This document shows, piece after piece, positions 20,495 through 31,393 of a stretch of 64,000 nt of DNA. Numbering within the stretch: the stretch's first letter is position 1; each line of letters opens with the position of its first letter. Below the pieces are notes generated by a model. It saw only the letters and a list, made by a program, of their open reading frames with translations. It did no database searches and had not been told where the DNA came from. A program made the translations under genes and the position numbers. This DNA is from an uncultured Clostridia bacterium (lineage in GTDB: Bacteria; Bacillota; Clostridia; Oscillospirales; Acutalibacteraceae), in contig CANQBK010000001.1 in the NCBI GenBank assembly GCA_947589485.1, positions 20,254-84,253 on the forward strand, written 5' to 3'.

Positions 20495-21220
20495 TTATTT
20501 TTTTGCCGTTATTTTTTTCTCGGTACCGTTCATAAGCCTTTTTATATTATCCTTATGCCTTATAATGACGATAACGGAAATTATCAGAGCGGTAAACGCG
20601 GTAAAAACAGCAAACGGTAAAGTCACGTTCTTTGTCGGCGCCATAAAACTTAAAATACCGTTAAAATCAAGGAGCTTCAATGCTATGACAGAAATAGGAT
20701 ATACTATTGCGTTCGCAATTGCACACACGGAAATAATTTTTGTTATGGAGAACACCAAAACAAAAACAAACAGAGCCACAATTAGAACACGCCAGTCTGT
20801 CATAAGCATAACCGCCGCAGTCGTAACAACGCCCTTGCCGCCCTTAAATTTATAATATATTGGACAGGTATGACCTATTACGGCAAAAAGACCTGCAATG
20901 TACATTATATATCCCTGATACAGTTCGGCGTTTGCGTCTGTAACACCGAGCATAAGCAGGTATGCGATAAGAACCGATATTACGCCTTTCAAAAAATCAC
21001 CGACAAAGGTAATTACGGCGGGAATTTTTCCGACACATCTAAGTACGTTTGTAAAGCCCGCATTGCCGCTTCCGAGAGTGCGTATATCCTTATGTATAAC
21101 AATTCGGGTAACGATTATCGACGTATTAACACTGCTTATAAAATAAGCCGCAACCGCCGCAATTATAATCCTGAGCCAGTATGTCCCAAAAAAATTTATC
21201 AATTCTTCCAACGAAAACAC
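20495..21220 (-). CDS. plsY: Glycerol-3-phosphate acyltransferase PlsY
   Basis: 241-aa membrane protein with GSGNAGFTNVLR and the FKGGKGVVT motif. It lies directly downstream of der, as in many Firmicutes. Confidence 0.85.
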   Translation of the reverse strand: MFSLEELINFFGTYWLRIIIAAVAAYFISSVNTSIIVTRIVIHKDIRTLGSGNAGFTNVLRCVGKIPAVITFVGDFLKGVISVLIAYLLMLGVTDANAELYQGYIMYIAGLFAVIGHTCPIYYKFKGGKGVVTTAAVMLMTDWRVLIVALFVFVLVFSITKIISVCAIANAIVYPISVIALKLLDFNGILSFMAPTKNVTLPFAVFTAFTALIISVIVIIRHKDNIKRLMNGTEKKITAKK

Positions 21221-21223
21221 TCC

Positions 21224-22549
21224 TTACTTTTTTTCTCCCCGTTCTCTGATTATAAATCTTATGGGCGTTCCCTGCAGCCCAAAGGTTTCACGGATACGAT
21301 TTTCAAGATACCTTTGATATGAAAAATGAAACAATTCAGACGAATTTACGAAAAAAACAAATGTGGGAGGTTTGACGGAAGCCTGAGTCATATACAAAAT
21401 TTTAAGGCGTCGTCCTTTATCCGTGGGCGGCTGTACCCTTGCCACGGCGTCGGCAAGAAGGTCATTAAGCATACCTGTCGATATTCTCATTGCCGCAGAA
21501 TTTGAAACGGTAAGTATCAGCTCAAACAAACGGTCAACACGCTGACCGGTTTTGGCGGAAACAAAAATAATCGGAGCATAAGACATAAACGAAAAGTCAT
21601 TCTCAAGTTTTTTTCGATATTCTGACATTGTTTTGTCGTTCTTTTCGACTGCGTCCCATTTATTTACAACTATAATACACGCTTTACCCGACTCGTGAGC
21701 AATTCCGGCGATCCTTGAATCCTGTTCGGTAAAACCTTCGGTGCCGTCAATAATAATAAGACATACATCGCTGCGTTCAACTGCCATTTTGGCGCGAATA
21801 ACACTGTACTTTTCAATTGCGTCGTCCACCTTGCTGTACCGTCTTATTCCCGCCGTGTCGGTAAGCCTGAATTTTCCGAATTTATTTTCAATCAATGTAT
21901 CAATACTGTCGCGGGTGGTTCCCGCAATATTTGAAACGATACATCTGTCCTCCCCTGTGATTTTATTTACAAGTGATGATTTTCCGGCATTTGGTCGTCC
22001 GATAACGGCAACGCTGATTATATTTTCGTCATCATCGTCATCGGTCAGGGGCGGCAGATGCTCAAAAACCGCATCAAGAAGGTCACCGGTACCGTGACCG
22101 TGAACGGAGGATACCTGTATGGGATCGCCAAGACCCAAATTGTAAAATTCATAAAAATTAGGATCCGGCGCACCGACCTTGTCACATTTATTTACGCAAA
22201 GAACCACCGGACGACCGCTCTTTTGAAGCATTAGGGCAACCTCACTGTCAGTCGCCACAACTCCGCTTGTAAGATCCGTTACGAATATAATCGCATCGGC
22301 AGTTTCAATGGCAAGCTGTGCTTGGCGACGCATTTGTTTTAATATTACATCGTCCGAATACGGCTCTATACCTCCGGTGTCCACAAGAGTAACTTTTCTG
22401 TTCCTCCATTCACATTCACCGAATATTCTGTCACGGGTAACACCGGGAGTATCGTTTACAATTGCCACTCTTTGACCTATCAGCTTATTAAAAAGTGTAG
22501 ACTTACCGACATTTGGTCTGCCCACAATCGCAACAACGGGTTTTGACAT
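21224..22549 (-). CDS. der: Ribosome-biogenesis GTPase Der (EngA)
   Basis: Two G domains (GRPNVGKST and GRPNAGKSS) plus a KH-like C-terminus. I chose the start at MSKPVVAIVGRPNVGKS (ATG 22549, AAGGAG upstream); the ORF-track N-terminal extension looks spurious. Confidence 0.9.
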   Translation of the reverse strand: MSKPVVAIVGRPNVGKSTLFNKLIGQRVAIVNDTPGVTRDRIFGECEWRNRKVTLVDTGGIEPYSDDVILKQMRRQAQLAIETADAIIFVTDLTSGVVATDSEVALMLQKSGRPVVLCVNKCDKVGAPDPNFYEFYNLGLGDPIQVSSVHGHGTGDLLDAVFEHLPPLTDDDDDENIISVAVIGRPNAGKSSLVNKITGEDRCIVSNIAGTTRDSIDTLIENKFGKFRLTDTAGIRRYSKVDDAIEKYSVIRAKMAVERSDVCLIIIDGTEGFTEQDSRIAGIAHESGKACIIVVNKWDAVEKNDKTMSEYRKKLENDFSFMSYAPIIFVSAKTGQRVDRLFELILTVSNSAAMRISTGMLNDLLADAVARVQPPTDKGRRLKILYMTQASVKPPTFVFFVNSSELFHFSYQRYLENRIRETFGLQGTPIRFIIRERGEKK

Positions 22550-22602
22550 ACAATCGCTCCTTTCTTTCCTGTTCGTTAAGGAATAACGAATTATTATGCG
22601 GA

Positions 22603-22634
22603 AAAACAAAAAAGAGAAGGATCTCTCCTTCTCT
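22603..22634 (-). terminator. Rho-independent terminator after rpmF
   Basis: A 9-bp stem AGAGAAGGA/TCCTTCTCT (22613-22634) is followed by a U-run on the minus strand. Confidence 0.7.
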
Positions 22635-22663
22635 ATTTTCACGGAAAACCTTAGAAGGCCAAA

Positions 22664-22846
22664 TCAAGCCTCTTTTGCTACTACTTCTCTGCCGTTATAA
22701 ACACCGCAGTTTTTGCAAGCTCTATGTGCGAGCTTATATTCACCGCAGTTAGGGCACTTTGAAAGCGCCGGAGCATCGAGTTTCCATACTGCCGAACGTC
22801 TTTTGTCTCTTCTTGCTTTAGAAGTTTTTCTCTTTGGTACTGCCAT
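22664..22846 (-). CDS. rpmF: 50S ribosomal protein L32
   Basis: [17 protein letters not shown]... with the CPNCG...CKNCG zinc knuckle. GGAGG lies 10 nt upstream of ATG 22846. Confidence 0.9.
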   Translation of the reverse strand: MAVPKRKTSKARRDKRRSAVWKLDAPALSKCPNCGEYKLAHRACKNCGVYNGREVVAKEA

Positions 22847-22887
22847 TGCAATTAACCTCCTTGAAAATAAAGTACTAAAAACCAATC

Positions 22888-23379
22888 TTACAAGAGCTGT
22901 TTAAGTACAGCCAAACGCGGATCCGTTTCATTTGTATTACAATTGCAGGGACCCTCGTTAAGATTTTTCCCGCACTTTGGACACAAGCCCTTACAAGATT
23001 CCTTACAGAGGAACTTTGACGGAAGCTCCAAAAGAATATCATCTCTCAGCAAAGCATCGGTATCGAGCTTATAGTCGGGTGCTTCAATATAATCGTCACC
23101 GCTTTCTTCCGAAAGCTCCATAACGAGAATATGACTGAATTTAAAAGCATAATTACGTTGGGACGGCGCTGCACATCGGTCACAATTAAAATGACATTCA
23201 AAACTAACATTCGCTTCGTAATATACAACACCTGCATGATTGCTGACGGTTATATCGGCGGACACGGGTTCCGGGAACGTGACCGACATATCCTGACCTG
23301 CGTCAGCCAAATCAACGGAAGTCCGCACTGAAAGAACCTCATTCTCAACCAAAAAAATTTTTTTCAGATCAAGAACCAT
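22888..23379 (-). CDS. YceD-family (DUF177) protein
   Basis: It sits immediately upstream of rpmF. It has C-terminal [17 protein letters not shown] cysteine motifs. I chose the start at MVLDLKKIF (ATG 23379). Confidence 0.8.
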   Translation of the reverse strand: MVLDLKKIFLVENEVLSVRTSVDLADAGQDMSVTFPEPVSADITVSNHAGVVYYEANVSFECHFNCDRCAAPSQRNYAFKFSHILVMELSEESGDDYIEAPDYKLDTDALLRDDILLELPSKFLCKESCKGLCPKCGKNLNEGPCNCNTNETDPRLAVLKQLL

Positions 23380-23416
23380 AGACTCACCCCAACAAATTAT
23401 TAAAATGCCATAGTTA

Positions 23417-23445
23417 ATTATAATGATATAATTTATCTTTGTCAA
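23417..23445 (-). promoter_or_regulatory. Consensus sigma-A promoter for yceD-rpmF
   Basis: Minus strand reads TTGACA (23445-23440), a 17-nt spacer, then TATAAT (23422-17). An A-rich tract lies upstream. Confidence 0.6.
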
Positions 23446-23574
23446 TAGCTTTTTTATTTTAAATTGAAAATTTTATCAAATAAAATGAGATAATACGGCA
23501 AACAAAAACAACATTAACGGCTTTGGCGGCTTGACGTTAATTTGTCACGGTGCTTGTTCCGATTTTTGCCAATA

Positions 23575-26500
23575 TCAGCTAAGCTGCCAGCGTACATTAC
23601 TTCCGTATTCGTTTTTACTGACTATCAGCCTATCCTCTATTTCGCGCTTAAGCTCCGTTACATGGGAAATTATTCCTATAAGCCTTGAACCCTCAGCCAT
23701 TTCACGCAATACTCTTACCGCTTGATTTCTTGAATGGTCGTCAAGCGAACCGAAACCCTCGTCAATAAACATCATATCCAAATTTATTGCCGCAGAGCTT
23801 TCCCTTATTTGATCCGCCGTACCCAGCGCCAGAGAAAGAGCCGCCATAAATGATTCTCCTCCCGAAAGTGTTCGTACTTCTCTTTTCTTTCCGGTCACCG
23901 TGGAATAAACCATAAGATCCAATCCCTTGTTTTTTCCGTCGCCGGCTTTTTCAATGTCATACATACGAAGCTCAAACTGTCCCGCAGACATACTTTGGAA
24001 TCTGCGGTTTGCGGAGGCAAGTATCTTTTTTAGATAACACCGCTGAACATACGTTTCAAGATCCATTCTTGAGCCTGAAACATTGCCGGATACCGAATCA
24101 TAAAGGCTCTTGAGAACCGAATACTCATCACTCTTGTTTTTGCGCTTTTCAAGCATCGGTTTAAGCTCCTTAAGAATTGAGATATTTGTTTTATATTTGC
24201 TTTGATATTCATAATACACTTCTTTGAATTTTTTGCTTTCCTTTTCCCAGTAATCCGCTTCAGCCTCTGCTGCTTTGATTTCGGGACGGCTCTTGCCGTC
24301 AATAAATTCGCCGCATATCTCCAAAGCCTTTTCAGCCGAAGCTCTTCTGCTTTCGTATTCCGTTACCGTCCTTTGATATTTATCCGCCTTGTCGCTTGTA
24401 TATTTTTCGGTAAGCTCCGACCACTCTTTTTCGGATAAATTCTTTTGGGACATAATTGTTATATACTCGTTTCTTGTAACGTTAAGCCTTTCCTTACGTT
24501 TCGGCAAATCCTGTTCAAGCCTATTTATTATAGTTTCGGCGGTATTCTTTGCTTTTTGCGCCTCTGAAGCCGATTTTTCACGGTATTCAAATTCTCGCTT
24601 TGACTTTTCCGCTTTTGACCGTGCCTCTTTCATTGCGGCTTCCGCCTCTTTCTCGGTTTTATAGGCAACCGATGAAATTAGGCTTTCACGCTCGGTTTTT
24701 ATTTTTGTAAATAAATTCGATTTTTCGGTAATCTCCGCATTGTACTTGTCAATATCGGAATTTATAACATTTTTGTTTTTATCGGAATTTTCAAGAAAGC
24801 TCTGTATATTTTTTATAAGCGCGCATTTTCTTTCAAGAACTTCCATATTTTTGCGGTTTGAATTAAGCCTTTCGCATATTATATTCTTCAAATCTGCGGG
24901 CGTGATATTTTCAGATATTTCAAAAAAGTTTTCCGCCACATTAGACTTTACATCAGAAAACTTGTCGTTAAATGTTTTCTGTTTTAAATTAAACTCTGTA
25001 TTGATTTCGGATAAAGCCAACGAAATTTTTTTCTGCTCATCGTCCAGACGTTCCTTTTCTTCACGAGCCGATTGCAGCATTTCTTTTGTAATGTCTTTTT
25101 CATAGCCATTGAATACGAAAGGCTTTGGATGCTCTAACGAACCGCAAACGGGACACGGCTCTCCCGTAACTAATCCTTTTGCCAAAATTCCCGCTTGATT
25201 GTCCAAAAAAGCCTGCCTGAGATTTTCGTATTCATTATTCTTATATTTGAATTTTTGGCTTGATGACAGATACTCACTATTAAGTACGCTGATTTTTTCC
25301 TTACATTTTTTTAATTCGTCCCACAATGATATGACCGCTTTTATTTCCTGCAAAATAATATTCAATTTCAGATTTTCCGTATTGCATTTTTCTTTTTGTT
25401 CGGGTATATCATCCATTTCCTTTAATTTTATTCTTTGGGACTTTTCCTTGTCTTTGAGCTGCTGTAATTCTTCCTTTTTTTGATTAAATTTTCTTTGAGC
25501 GTCGGACAGTTCGTTTCCTGCCGATATTTCGTCTTTTTCCAACTCTCTTACTCTTTCAAAACATTTAAGCGACTTTTTTACTCTTTCGTCGATCCTGTTG
25601 TATTTTTCGGAACAATCATCATACAGCTTTTTTGCCGTTTCCATATCCGCCATTGTTCTTTTGACATTTAAGTCAAGAATAGGCAATGATTCCTTTTTAT
25701 CACGCAAATCGGCTTCATTTTTTTCCAAACTGCTTTTTGCTTCGGAATACAGCTCATATTTTGGCTTTATTTCGTATGCCGAACGGAGTTTTTTTATAAG
25801 GTGTTCCGTTTTATGTATCCGTTCCTCTTTTGACCTGTAATCCTCAAGATCTTTTTTCGCCTTGTCGAACTTGTTGAAATAATCAATAAGCGTTGCCGCT
25901 TTTTCCCGTTCCAGCTTTTTTTCATCTCTCAGCCTGTCCGCCGTTTCATATTCTTTCTTTGATTTATACAAGACCTCATTCATCCAGTCACAAAACTTTC
26001 CAAATTCCGAAAAAAAGTCATCGGCATAGGTTATTTGATTATGTATTATTTTGTTTCTTAAATCAAAGATTTTTTCCGAATTTTCGTAGTCGTCGGATAT
26101 TTCAACACTTGCAACAATATGCGAAATTTTTATTTGCAAATCGTGTATTTCTTTCTCTTTCTCTTTTTTTCTTTTATCAAACTCGTCGATTATATCCCTG
26201 TACAGCTCAGTATTGAACAGCTTTCGGAATATCTCCTTTTTTTCGTTTGATTTTGCACGGAGAAGCTCCATAAATTCACCTTGTGCAATCATTGCGATTT
26301 GCATAAACTGATTTTTTGTAAGACCAACTATCTCAATCAGTTTTTTATTTGTTTCTTTGCTCGGATATTCCGTTCCGTCCGGCATAATCAAAGATACGGA
26401 GCTTGCCGCGTCCCTTGTTTTCTGCCCTCTCAGCGGTCCTTTTGTAGTAACTTTAATATGCTTAGGTACACGTTTGACTGTATAAACAGATGTATTTTCA

Positions 26501-26766
26501 CCGTTTCCCTCGGAAAACGTAAGCTCAACAAACGGTTCGTTTGAATAATCTGAATATTGACTTTGCAGAAGTACGCCGTCCTTTTTGTTCAGAACAGAAC
26601 TTGCTTCACCGTACAATGCAAAAACAATTGCGTCAAATATAGTGGTTTTTCCCGCTCCCGTATCTCCGGTTATAAGAAATATATTTTGATTCAATTTTTG
26701 AAAATCTATTTCCGTTTTTTGTCCGTAAGACCCGAATGACTGCATTGTTAATTTTAACGGTTTCAT
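23575..26766 (-). CDS. sbcC: Exonuclease SbcC (Rad50-like SMC ATPase)
   Basis: 1063 aa with Walker A GDTGAGKTT, a very long Lys/Glu-rich coiled coil with a central zinc hook (CPVCGS), signature LSGGESF and Walker B MFIDEGFGSLD. Confidence 0.85.
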   Translation of the reverse strand: MKPLKLTMQSFGSYGQKTEIDFQKLNQNIFLITGDTGAGKTTIFDAIVFALYGEASSVLNKKDGVLLQSQYSDYSNEPFVELTFSEGNGENTSVYTVKRVPKHIKVTTKGPLRGQKTRDAASSVSLIMPDGTEYPSKETNKKLIEIVGLTKNQFMQIAMIAQGEFMELLRAKSNEKKEIFRKLFNTELYRDIIDEFDKRKKEKEKEIHDLQIKISHIVASVEISDDYENSEKIFDLRNKIIHNQITYADDFFSEFGKFCDWMNEVLYKSKKEYETADRLRDEKKLEREKAATLIDYFNKFDKAKKDLEDYRSKEERIHKTEHLIKKLRSAYEIKPKYELYSEAKSSLEKNEADLRDKKESLPILDLNVKRTMADMETAKKLYDDCSEKYNRIDERVKKSLKCFERVRELEKDEISAGNELSDAQRKFNQKKEELQQLKDKEKSQRIKLKEMDDIPEQKEKCNTENLKLNIILQEIKAVISLWDELKKCKEKISVLNSEYLSSSQKFKYKNNEYENLRQAFLDNQAGILAKGLVTGEPCPVCGSLEHPKPFVFNGYEKDITKEMLQSAREEKERLDDEQKKISLALSEINTEFNLKQKTFNDKFSDVKSNVAENFFEISENITPADLKNIICERLNSNRKNMEVLERKCALIKNIQSFLENSDKNKNVINSDIDKYNAEITEKSNLFTKIKTERESLISSVAYKTEKEAEAAMKEARSKAEKSKREFEYREKSASEAQKAKNTAETIINRLEQDLPKRKERLNVTRNEYITIMSQKNLSEKEWSELTEKYTSDKADKYQRTVTEYESRRASAEKALEICGEFIDGKSRPEIKAAEAEADYWEKESKKFKEVYYEYQSKYKTNISILKELKPMLEKRKNKSDEYSVLKSLYDSVSGNVSGSRMDLETYVQRCYLKKILASANRRFQSMSAGQFELRMYDIEKAGDGKNKGLDLMVYSTVTGKKREVRTLSGGESFMAALSLALGTADQIRESSAAINLDMMFIDEGFGSLDDHSRNQAVRVLREMAEGSRLIGIISHVTELKREIEDRLIVSKNEYGSNVRWQLS

Positions 26767-26767
26767 A

Positions 26768-27910
26768 TCATTTCACCCCTTGGACGGTATTTATCACATC
26801 GCTTAAAATGCGCTTTTCGTTTTCGTCAAGGTCTTTTAAAAACGAACAGCACAACTCATACGGTTCAAGAACCGTTTCTTCGATATTTTCACTTTCGTAA
26901 TCGGCTTTTCTGTAAATCTCACGGCGTATTTCAAGCAGATAAGGAAATGCCCTGTGCAGCTTTTCCTGCATATCTATTATATTAATATCATATTTATCCG
27001 TAAGGATAACGGTAACATAATCATTGCACGTTTCATTCAAAACTTCATTTAAAGTGCCTTTTACAACACGCACATTTCGGAGGGGTTCAAGCGGAATGGT
27101 TTTTATTTTCAGTCCGTCATTTTTTCCGAACATCTCTACCGAAACTATTCCCTTGCTTTGACCCGCCTCACTTACAGAACAAGCAATCGGTGTTCCGGAG
27201 TAACGTATTTTAGGGTCACCTACGACCATAGGCTTGTGAATATGACCGAGGGCGGCATATTCAAAACATTCAAGTATGTCGGCGGATACCTCGTCAATAT
27301 TTCCCACGGTTCGTATTTCCGAATCCATACGTTCGGTATCATCGGCACTTTTTCCCTTTGGAAGATAAAACTGATGACTTACAATAACATTTCTTTCGTT
27401 TAAATCAATATTTTCACGCTTTATAAGACGGTGTACGGTTTCATTGTACGACAGATTTTCCTCCGTACCGAGTACCCTCCTTACTGTTGAAGGTTTAACA
27501 AACGGCAGAAGATAAAAATTAACTTTTCCGTATTCATCGTTTAATGAAACCTTTTGTATATACTCATCGGGAGTTACGGGAGGAACGCCTATCATATACA
27601 AATTATTTTTTGAAAGCAAATTTCGGAAACAATTTAATCTTGCGGCACTGTCGTGATTTCCGCTTATAATCATTATTGACGCTTTTGGCAGTGCCGATGT
27701 GATGTTATTTATAAATTCGTCAAAAATTTCCGTTGATTCGGCAGATGGTACAGCCTTGTCATAAATATCTCCCGCAATTAAAATCGCATCAGGTTTTTCC
27801 TCGGCAGCCCTGTCGATTATCTGTTTAAGGATATACTCGTGGTCCTCTTTTAAATCACGGTTAATCAGTTTCAACCCGATGTGCAAATCGGATAAGTGAA
27901 AAAATTTCAT
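26768..27910 (-). CDS. sbcD: Exonuclease SbcD (Mre11-like phosphoesterase)
   Basis: 380 aa with the calcineurin-like motifs HLSDLHIG, AGDIYD, GNHD and GHIH. Confidence 0.85.
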   Translation of the reverse strand: MKFFHLSDLHIGLKLINRDLKEDHEYILKQIIDRAAEEKPDAILIAGDIYDKAVPSAESTEIFDEFINNITSALPKASIMIISGNHDSAARLNCFRNLLSKNNLYMIGVPPVTPDEYIQKVSLNDEYGKVNFYLLPFVKPSTVRRVLGTEENLSYNETVHRLIKRENIDLNERNVIVSHQFYLPKGKSADDTERMDSEIRTVGNIDEVSADILECFEYAALGHIHKPMVVGDPKIRYSGTPIACSVSEAGQSKGIVSVEMFGKNDGLKIKTIPLEPLRNVRVVKGTLNEVLNETCNDYVTVILTDKYDINIIDMQEKLHRAFPYLLEIRREIYRKADYESENIEETVLEPYELCCSFLKDLDENEKRILSDVINTVQGVK

Positions 27911-27931
27911 TGTTTGTCACCGCCGTTAAAA

Positions 27932-28423
27932 TTATAGCTTGTATTCATAGACATAATCGTCCATAAAAAATCCGTTTCCTATGTAATTTTTCTCTTTTCT
28001 TATTTCGGAAAAACCCAACTTTTCATAAACGTATTTTGAAACATTGAACTTGTTTACGTTTAATGTTACAGACGGTAAATTATTCTTTTTTGCGTTCTCT
28101 TTGACAAAATCCATCATAAGGCGGGAATATCCTTTTCCGCGTTCCGTTTTTTCAAGGTAGAATTTGCTTAGGTACAGCTCGTTTTCTCTTTTGTAAAAAG
28201 CTAAAAAGCCTATTCTTTTATTTTTATTGCAAACAAAATAATATTCGTATCCTTTTGAAATCTGTTCCTTTATTGATTCGGCTGACTGAAATTTTTTAAT
28301 CATATAATCATTTTGTTCGCTGCCGATAATGGGGTCATAATAATCCTTTATGATTGAAGATGCAAAGGACGACATTTCCTCAATACTTTTGTCATCGTCA
28401 AAATTGACCGCGGTAAATATCAT
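27932..28423 (-). CDS. GNAT-family N-acetyltransferase
   Basis: 163 aa with an acetyl-CoA-binding motif region (RGKGYSRLMMDFVKENAKK). Confidence 0.75.
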   Translation of the reverse strand: MIFTAVNFDDDKSIEEMSSFASSIIKDYYDPIIGSEQNDYMIKKFQSAESIKEQISKGYEYYFVCNKNKRIGFLAFYKRENELYLSKFYLEKTERGKGYSRLMMDFVKENAKKNNLPSVTLNVNKFNVSKYVYEKLGFSEIRKEKNYIGNGFFMDDYVYEYKL

Positions 28424-28435
28424 AACATCACCTTT

Positions 28436-28927
28436 TTAACTTAGAAAATCGGATATTTTAATTATGTTCCCGTCAAGCGACGCTTTTTTCAATTTACGTT
28501 TTTCATATTCGAGCTTCAAAGAAAAGAACGGGTAATCCTGTGCAAGCAGTTTCAAAAAGATTTTATCCCCCTCCCATACGGGAAGTTCGTTTAATACTTT
28601 TTCTTTTTCTGTCCATTGAAGCTCGCCCTCGTCGCTGTCGGTAATTTCTCCCGAAAATTTGTCTGCCGTAAACAAAAACATATATTCATACACGTTTGAG
28701 TCGGAAAACGTGACCATTCCCCTGAATTTATAATCTGTCAGCTCCAAGCCGCTTTCCTCTTTTACCTCGCGCACAACACATTCTTCGGGACTTTCACCCG
28801 TTTCTATGTGTCCGCCGAGCCCCAACCAAAGATTTTGGTTGAAGTCGTTTTGTTTTTTTGTCCTGTGAAGCATAAGATATTTACCGTCTTGTTCAATATA
28901 GCACAATGTCGTAAGCTCAGGTACCAT
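28436..28927 (-). CDS. NUDIX hydrolase, MTH1/MutT-like (probable 8-oxo-dGTP diphosphatase)
   Basis: Nudix box GGHIETGESPEECVVREVKEESGL. The C-terminal half (LPVWEGDKIFLKLL...FSLKLEY) resembles MTH1-type enzymes. Confidence 0.75.
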   Translation of the reverse strand: MVPELTTLCYIEQDGKYLMLHRTKKQNDFNQNLWLGLGGHIETGESPEECVVREVKEESGLELTDYKFRGMVTFSDSNVYEYMFLFTADKFSGEITDSDEGELQWTEKEKVLNELPVWEGDKIFLKLLAQDYPFFSLKLEYEKRKLKKASLDGNIIKISDFLS

Positions 28928-28960
28928 TTATAAAAACTCCCCGCAAATTATTTTAAGATT

Positions 28961-29458
28961 TTATCTGTTGTCTATTTTTTCGGGATAAAGATCGTGGTGC
29001 GAAAGCCTTTCCCACGCGAGCTGCTCCCATTTGGTACCCGGTATGCCGTAATTGCAGTACGGATCAATGGAAATTCCGCCTCTGGGCATAAATCTTCCCC
29101 AAACTTCAATATATTTTGGTTCCATAACCTTTATAAGATCTTTCATAATTGTATTTACGCAATCCTCGTGAAAGTCACCGTGATTTCTGAAGCTGAATAA
29201 ATACAGTTTCAGCGATTTGCTTTCAACCATACGTTCGGCAGGAATATATGAAATATAAACAGACGCAAAATCGGGCTGTCCCGTTATAGGGCAAAGTGTG
29301 GTAAACTCGGGGCAGTTAAATTTTACAAAATAGTCGTTTTCGGGATTTTTGTTTGTAAATGTTTCAAGAACATTCGGGTCGTAATCAAACGTATATTTTG
29401 TGTTTTTATCTCCCAAATGCGTAACGGAGGTTTCTTTTTTTCTGTCGATTTCGCTCAT
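28961..29458 (-). CDS. queF: NADPH-dependent 7-cyano-7-deazaguanine (preQ0) reductase
   Basis: 165 aa, unimodular type. It has the catalytic-Cys region ([12 protein letters not shown]) and the QueF motif [14 protein letters not shown]. Confidence 0.9.
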   Translation of the reverse strand: MSEIDRKKETSVTHLGDKNTKYTFDYDPNVLETFTNKNPENDYFVKFNCPEFTTLCPITGQPDFASVYISYIPAERMVESKSLKLYLFSFRNHGDFHEDCVNTIMKDLIKVMEPKYIEVWGRFMPRGGISIDPYCNYGIPGTKWEQLAWERLSHHDLYPEKIDNR

Positions 29459-30150
29459 ATTTTTTCTCCTTTTTTCATTGCAGGGTCATCAATACCGTTT
29501 TGCTTAAAGGCTTCCGCTCTGTCACGGCAGGTTCCGCATATTCCGCACGGAACGTCCCCTCCCTCGTAACAGCTCCAAGTAAGCTCATAAGGTACTTTAA
29601 GCATAAGACCTGTTTTTACGACTTGCGCCTTTGTCATTTTTACAAAGGGCGCCTCAATTTTTAATTGTTTTCCGCTGCCGATATAAACGGCACGGTTCAT
29701 AGCCTCGTTAAATTCATCGCTGCAATCGGGATATGCGTTTCCGGCGGCGTCGTCGCTGTGCGCCCCGTAATAAATTATTTCGCACCCGTATGAAATCGCT
29801 ATACTTGCCGCAGACGATATAAAAAGCCCGTTTCTGAACGGCACATAAGTGGAAACAGGCTTACCGTGCGTATGTAAAATTTGACTTGCATAACTTTCCT
29901 TTGGAATATCCCGATTTGAGCCGGCAAGGAGAGAACATTCCGAACCCTCAAAAATCAAAGCAAGATCCAGAGTTTTTAATTCTACCCCGTAATATTCGGC
30001 AATCTTTTTTGCCGCTTCGATTTCCTTTTTATGCTTTTGACCGTAAAATACCGAGAGCGCAAGAACCTCGTCCTTGCCGTATTTGTCCACCGCAATACCA
30101 AGACATGTAGCCGAATCGACACCGCCGCTTAAAAGTACCGTCGCTTTCAT
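29455..30150 (-). CDS. queC: 7-cyano-7-deazaguanine synthase
   Basis: PP-loop SGGVDS and a C-terminal Zn cluster (SCY...[10 protein letters not shown]). It overlaps queF by 4 nt. Confidence 0.9.
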   Translation of the reverse strand: MKATVLLSGGVDSATCLGIAVDKYGKDEVLALSVFYGQKHKKEIEAAKKIAEYYGVELKTLDLALIFEGSECSLLAGSNRDIPKESYASQILHTHGKPVSTYVPFRNGLFISSAASIAISYGCEIIYYGAHSDDAAGNAYPDCSDEFNEAMNRAVYIGSGKQLKIEAPFVKMTKAQVVKTGLMLKVPYELTWSCYEGGDVPCGICGTCRDRAEAFKQNGIDDPAMKKGEKI

Positions 30151-30162
30151 AAAAATCCCTCC

Positions 30163-30726
30163 TTAATCTAACATTGCGATAAGCCTATCGTTTGTTTTAA
30201 ATTCTCCGAGCAGGGTTTTGGTCACTGTTTTTGCCGATACGTTTTTTATTCCCCTTGCGGTCATACAGCTATGTGAACCGCTTATTTTTACACCGACGTC
30301 TTTCGAGCCGGTCGCTTCCGATATTATTTCGGCAATATCCGCTCCGAGCCGCTCCTGAAGCTGCAGCCTTTTGGCAGCCATATCGCATATTCTTGCTATT
30401 TTGCTTAATCCCAAAACTTTCCCGTTGGGGATATATGCAACATTGACATACATATCATACATAAGGGCGATATGGTGTTCGCAGTAACTGAAAACCGAAA
30501 TATCCTTCATAACAACAACAGATTCGGACTGCAATTCATTTTCCGTGTCGAATGTTTTTCCGAACATTTGGGCAATTTCGTGATTGGAATACTGTATTCC
30601 CTCGAATACCTCTTCAAACATACCGGCAACACGCTGAGGCGTTTCACGAAGTCCCGGTCTATCCGGATTTTCGCCTATTGCCTCAAGTAAACCTCTTATA
30701 TGGTACTCTATTTTTTCTTTATCCAT
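30163..30726 (-). CDS. folE: GTP cyclohydrolase I
   Basis: 187 aa with RETPQRVA and the SYCEHH zinc-site motif. Confidence 0.9.
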   Translation of the reverse strand: MDKEKIEYHIRGLLEAIGENPDRPGLRETPQRVAGMFEEVFEGIQYSNHEIAQMFGKTFDTENELQSESVVVMKDISVFSYCEHHIALMYDMYVNVAYIPNGKVLGLSKIARICDMAAKRLQLQERLGADIAEIISEATGSKDVGVKISGSHSCMTARGIKNVSAKTVTKTLLGEFKTNDRLIAMLD

Positions 30727-30727
30727 T

Positions 30728-31393
30728 TTAAACGCCTCTCTTTTCCGGATCCCAGATATATTTGTGAAGCTGAAGCTGAAGTCTTGTGTCGTTAAGCTCG
30801 TTTTCCTTCATAAAATCCACTATTTCCGCAGGATCGATTTTGCCGAATACGGGGCTGAAATAAACAAAACATTTTTTTTGCAATGAATATTTTTTTATAA
30901 TATCCGCCGCACGCACAAGATCGGTTTTATCGCCTGCCACAAACTTTATCGTATCGCTGTGAGTAATACAATCAAAGTTTTCCAAACACATTAAATGTTC
31001 CATTTTGCTCGACGGAAGTTTATAATCAACAGTAAAACATGGCCGATATTTTTGGCCGACAAAATTTTTTAACGGCAAACTGCCGTTTGTTTCGATTTCA
31101 ACACAATGATTCCCTTTCATAAGCCCCTCGACCAGCTTGTACAGTTCCTTTTGAAGCATAGGCTCTCCGCCTGTTAATGTTACGTTTTTTACGCCCGTAT
31201 CATCGGCATACTTTATAATTTCTTCAAGAGTCATTTTTTGTGTTGGAACATTATCTGTGTTCGCCCAGCTTGTGTCACAATACGGGCAATTTAAATTACA
31301 GCCTTTGAACCTTATGAACACCGAAAGCTCACCGGCTTTTGTTCCCTCTCCGTTAATGCTTACAAATTTTTCGGCAATTTCGTATTCCGTCAT
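30728..31393 (-). CDS. queE: 7-carboxy-7-deazaguanine synthase (radical SAM)
   Basis: 221 aa with [16 protein letters not shown] (CX3CX2C) and the TLTGGEP motif. Confidence 0.85.
   Translation of the reverse strand: MTEYEIAEKFVSINGEGTKAGELSVFIRFKGCNLNCPYCDTSWANTDNVPTQKMTLEEIIKYADDTGVKNVTLTGGEPMLQKELYKLVEGLMKGNHCVEIETNGSLPLKNFVGQKYRPCFTVDYKLPSSKMEHLMCLENFDCITHSDTIKFVAGDKTDLVRAADIIKKYSLQKKCFVYFSPVFGKIDPAEIVDFMKENELNDTRLQLQLHKYIWDPEKRGV

Noticed and set aside
24202-26739. A chain of plus-strand ORFs (60-121 aa) tiling the antisense strand of sbcC
   Set aside because: Their Phe/Ser/Leu-rich, low-complexity translations are what the reverse complement of a Lys/Glu-rich coiled-coil gene (AAA/GAA codons) gives. 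They have no RBS and no recognisable motifs.
23575-27910. The SbcC/SbcD pair as a candidate SMC-type anti-phage system
   Set aside because: It has the canonical Rad50/Mre11 layout, with a zinc hook (CPVCG) and calcineurin-like motifs. It sits in a housekeeping context with no extra nuclease, methylase or effector genes.
28436-28927. The NUDIX gene next to folE as a dihydroneopterin-triphosphate pyrophosphatase
   Set aside because: The sequence beyond the Nudix box resembles MTH1/MutT-type 8-oxo-dGTPases. Downstream neighbours are DNA-repair genes. Adjacency alone does not support the folate/pterin role.
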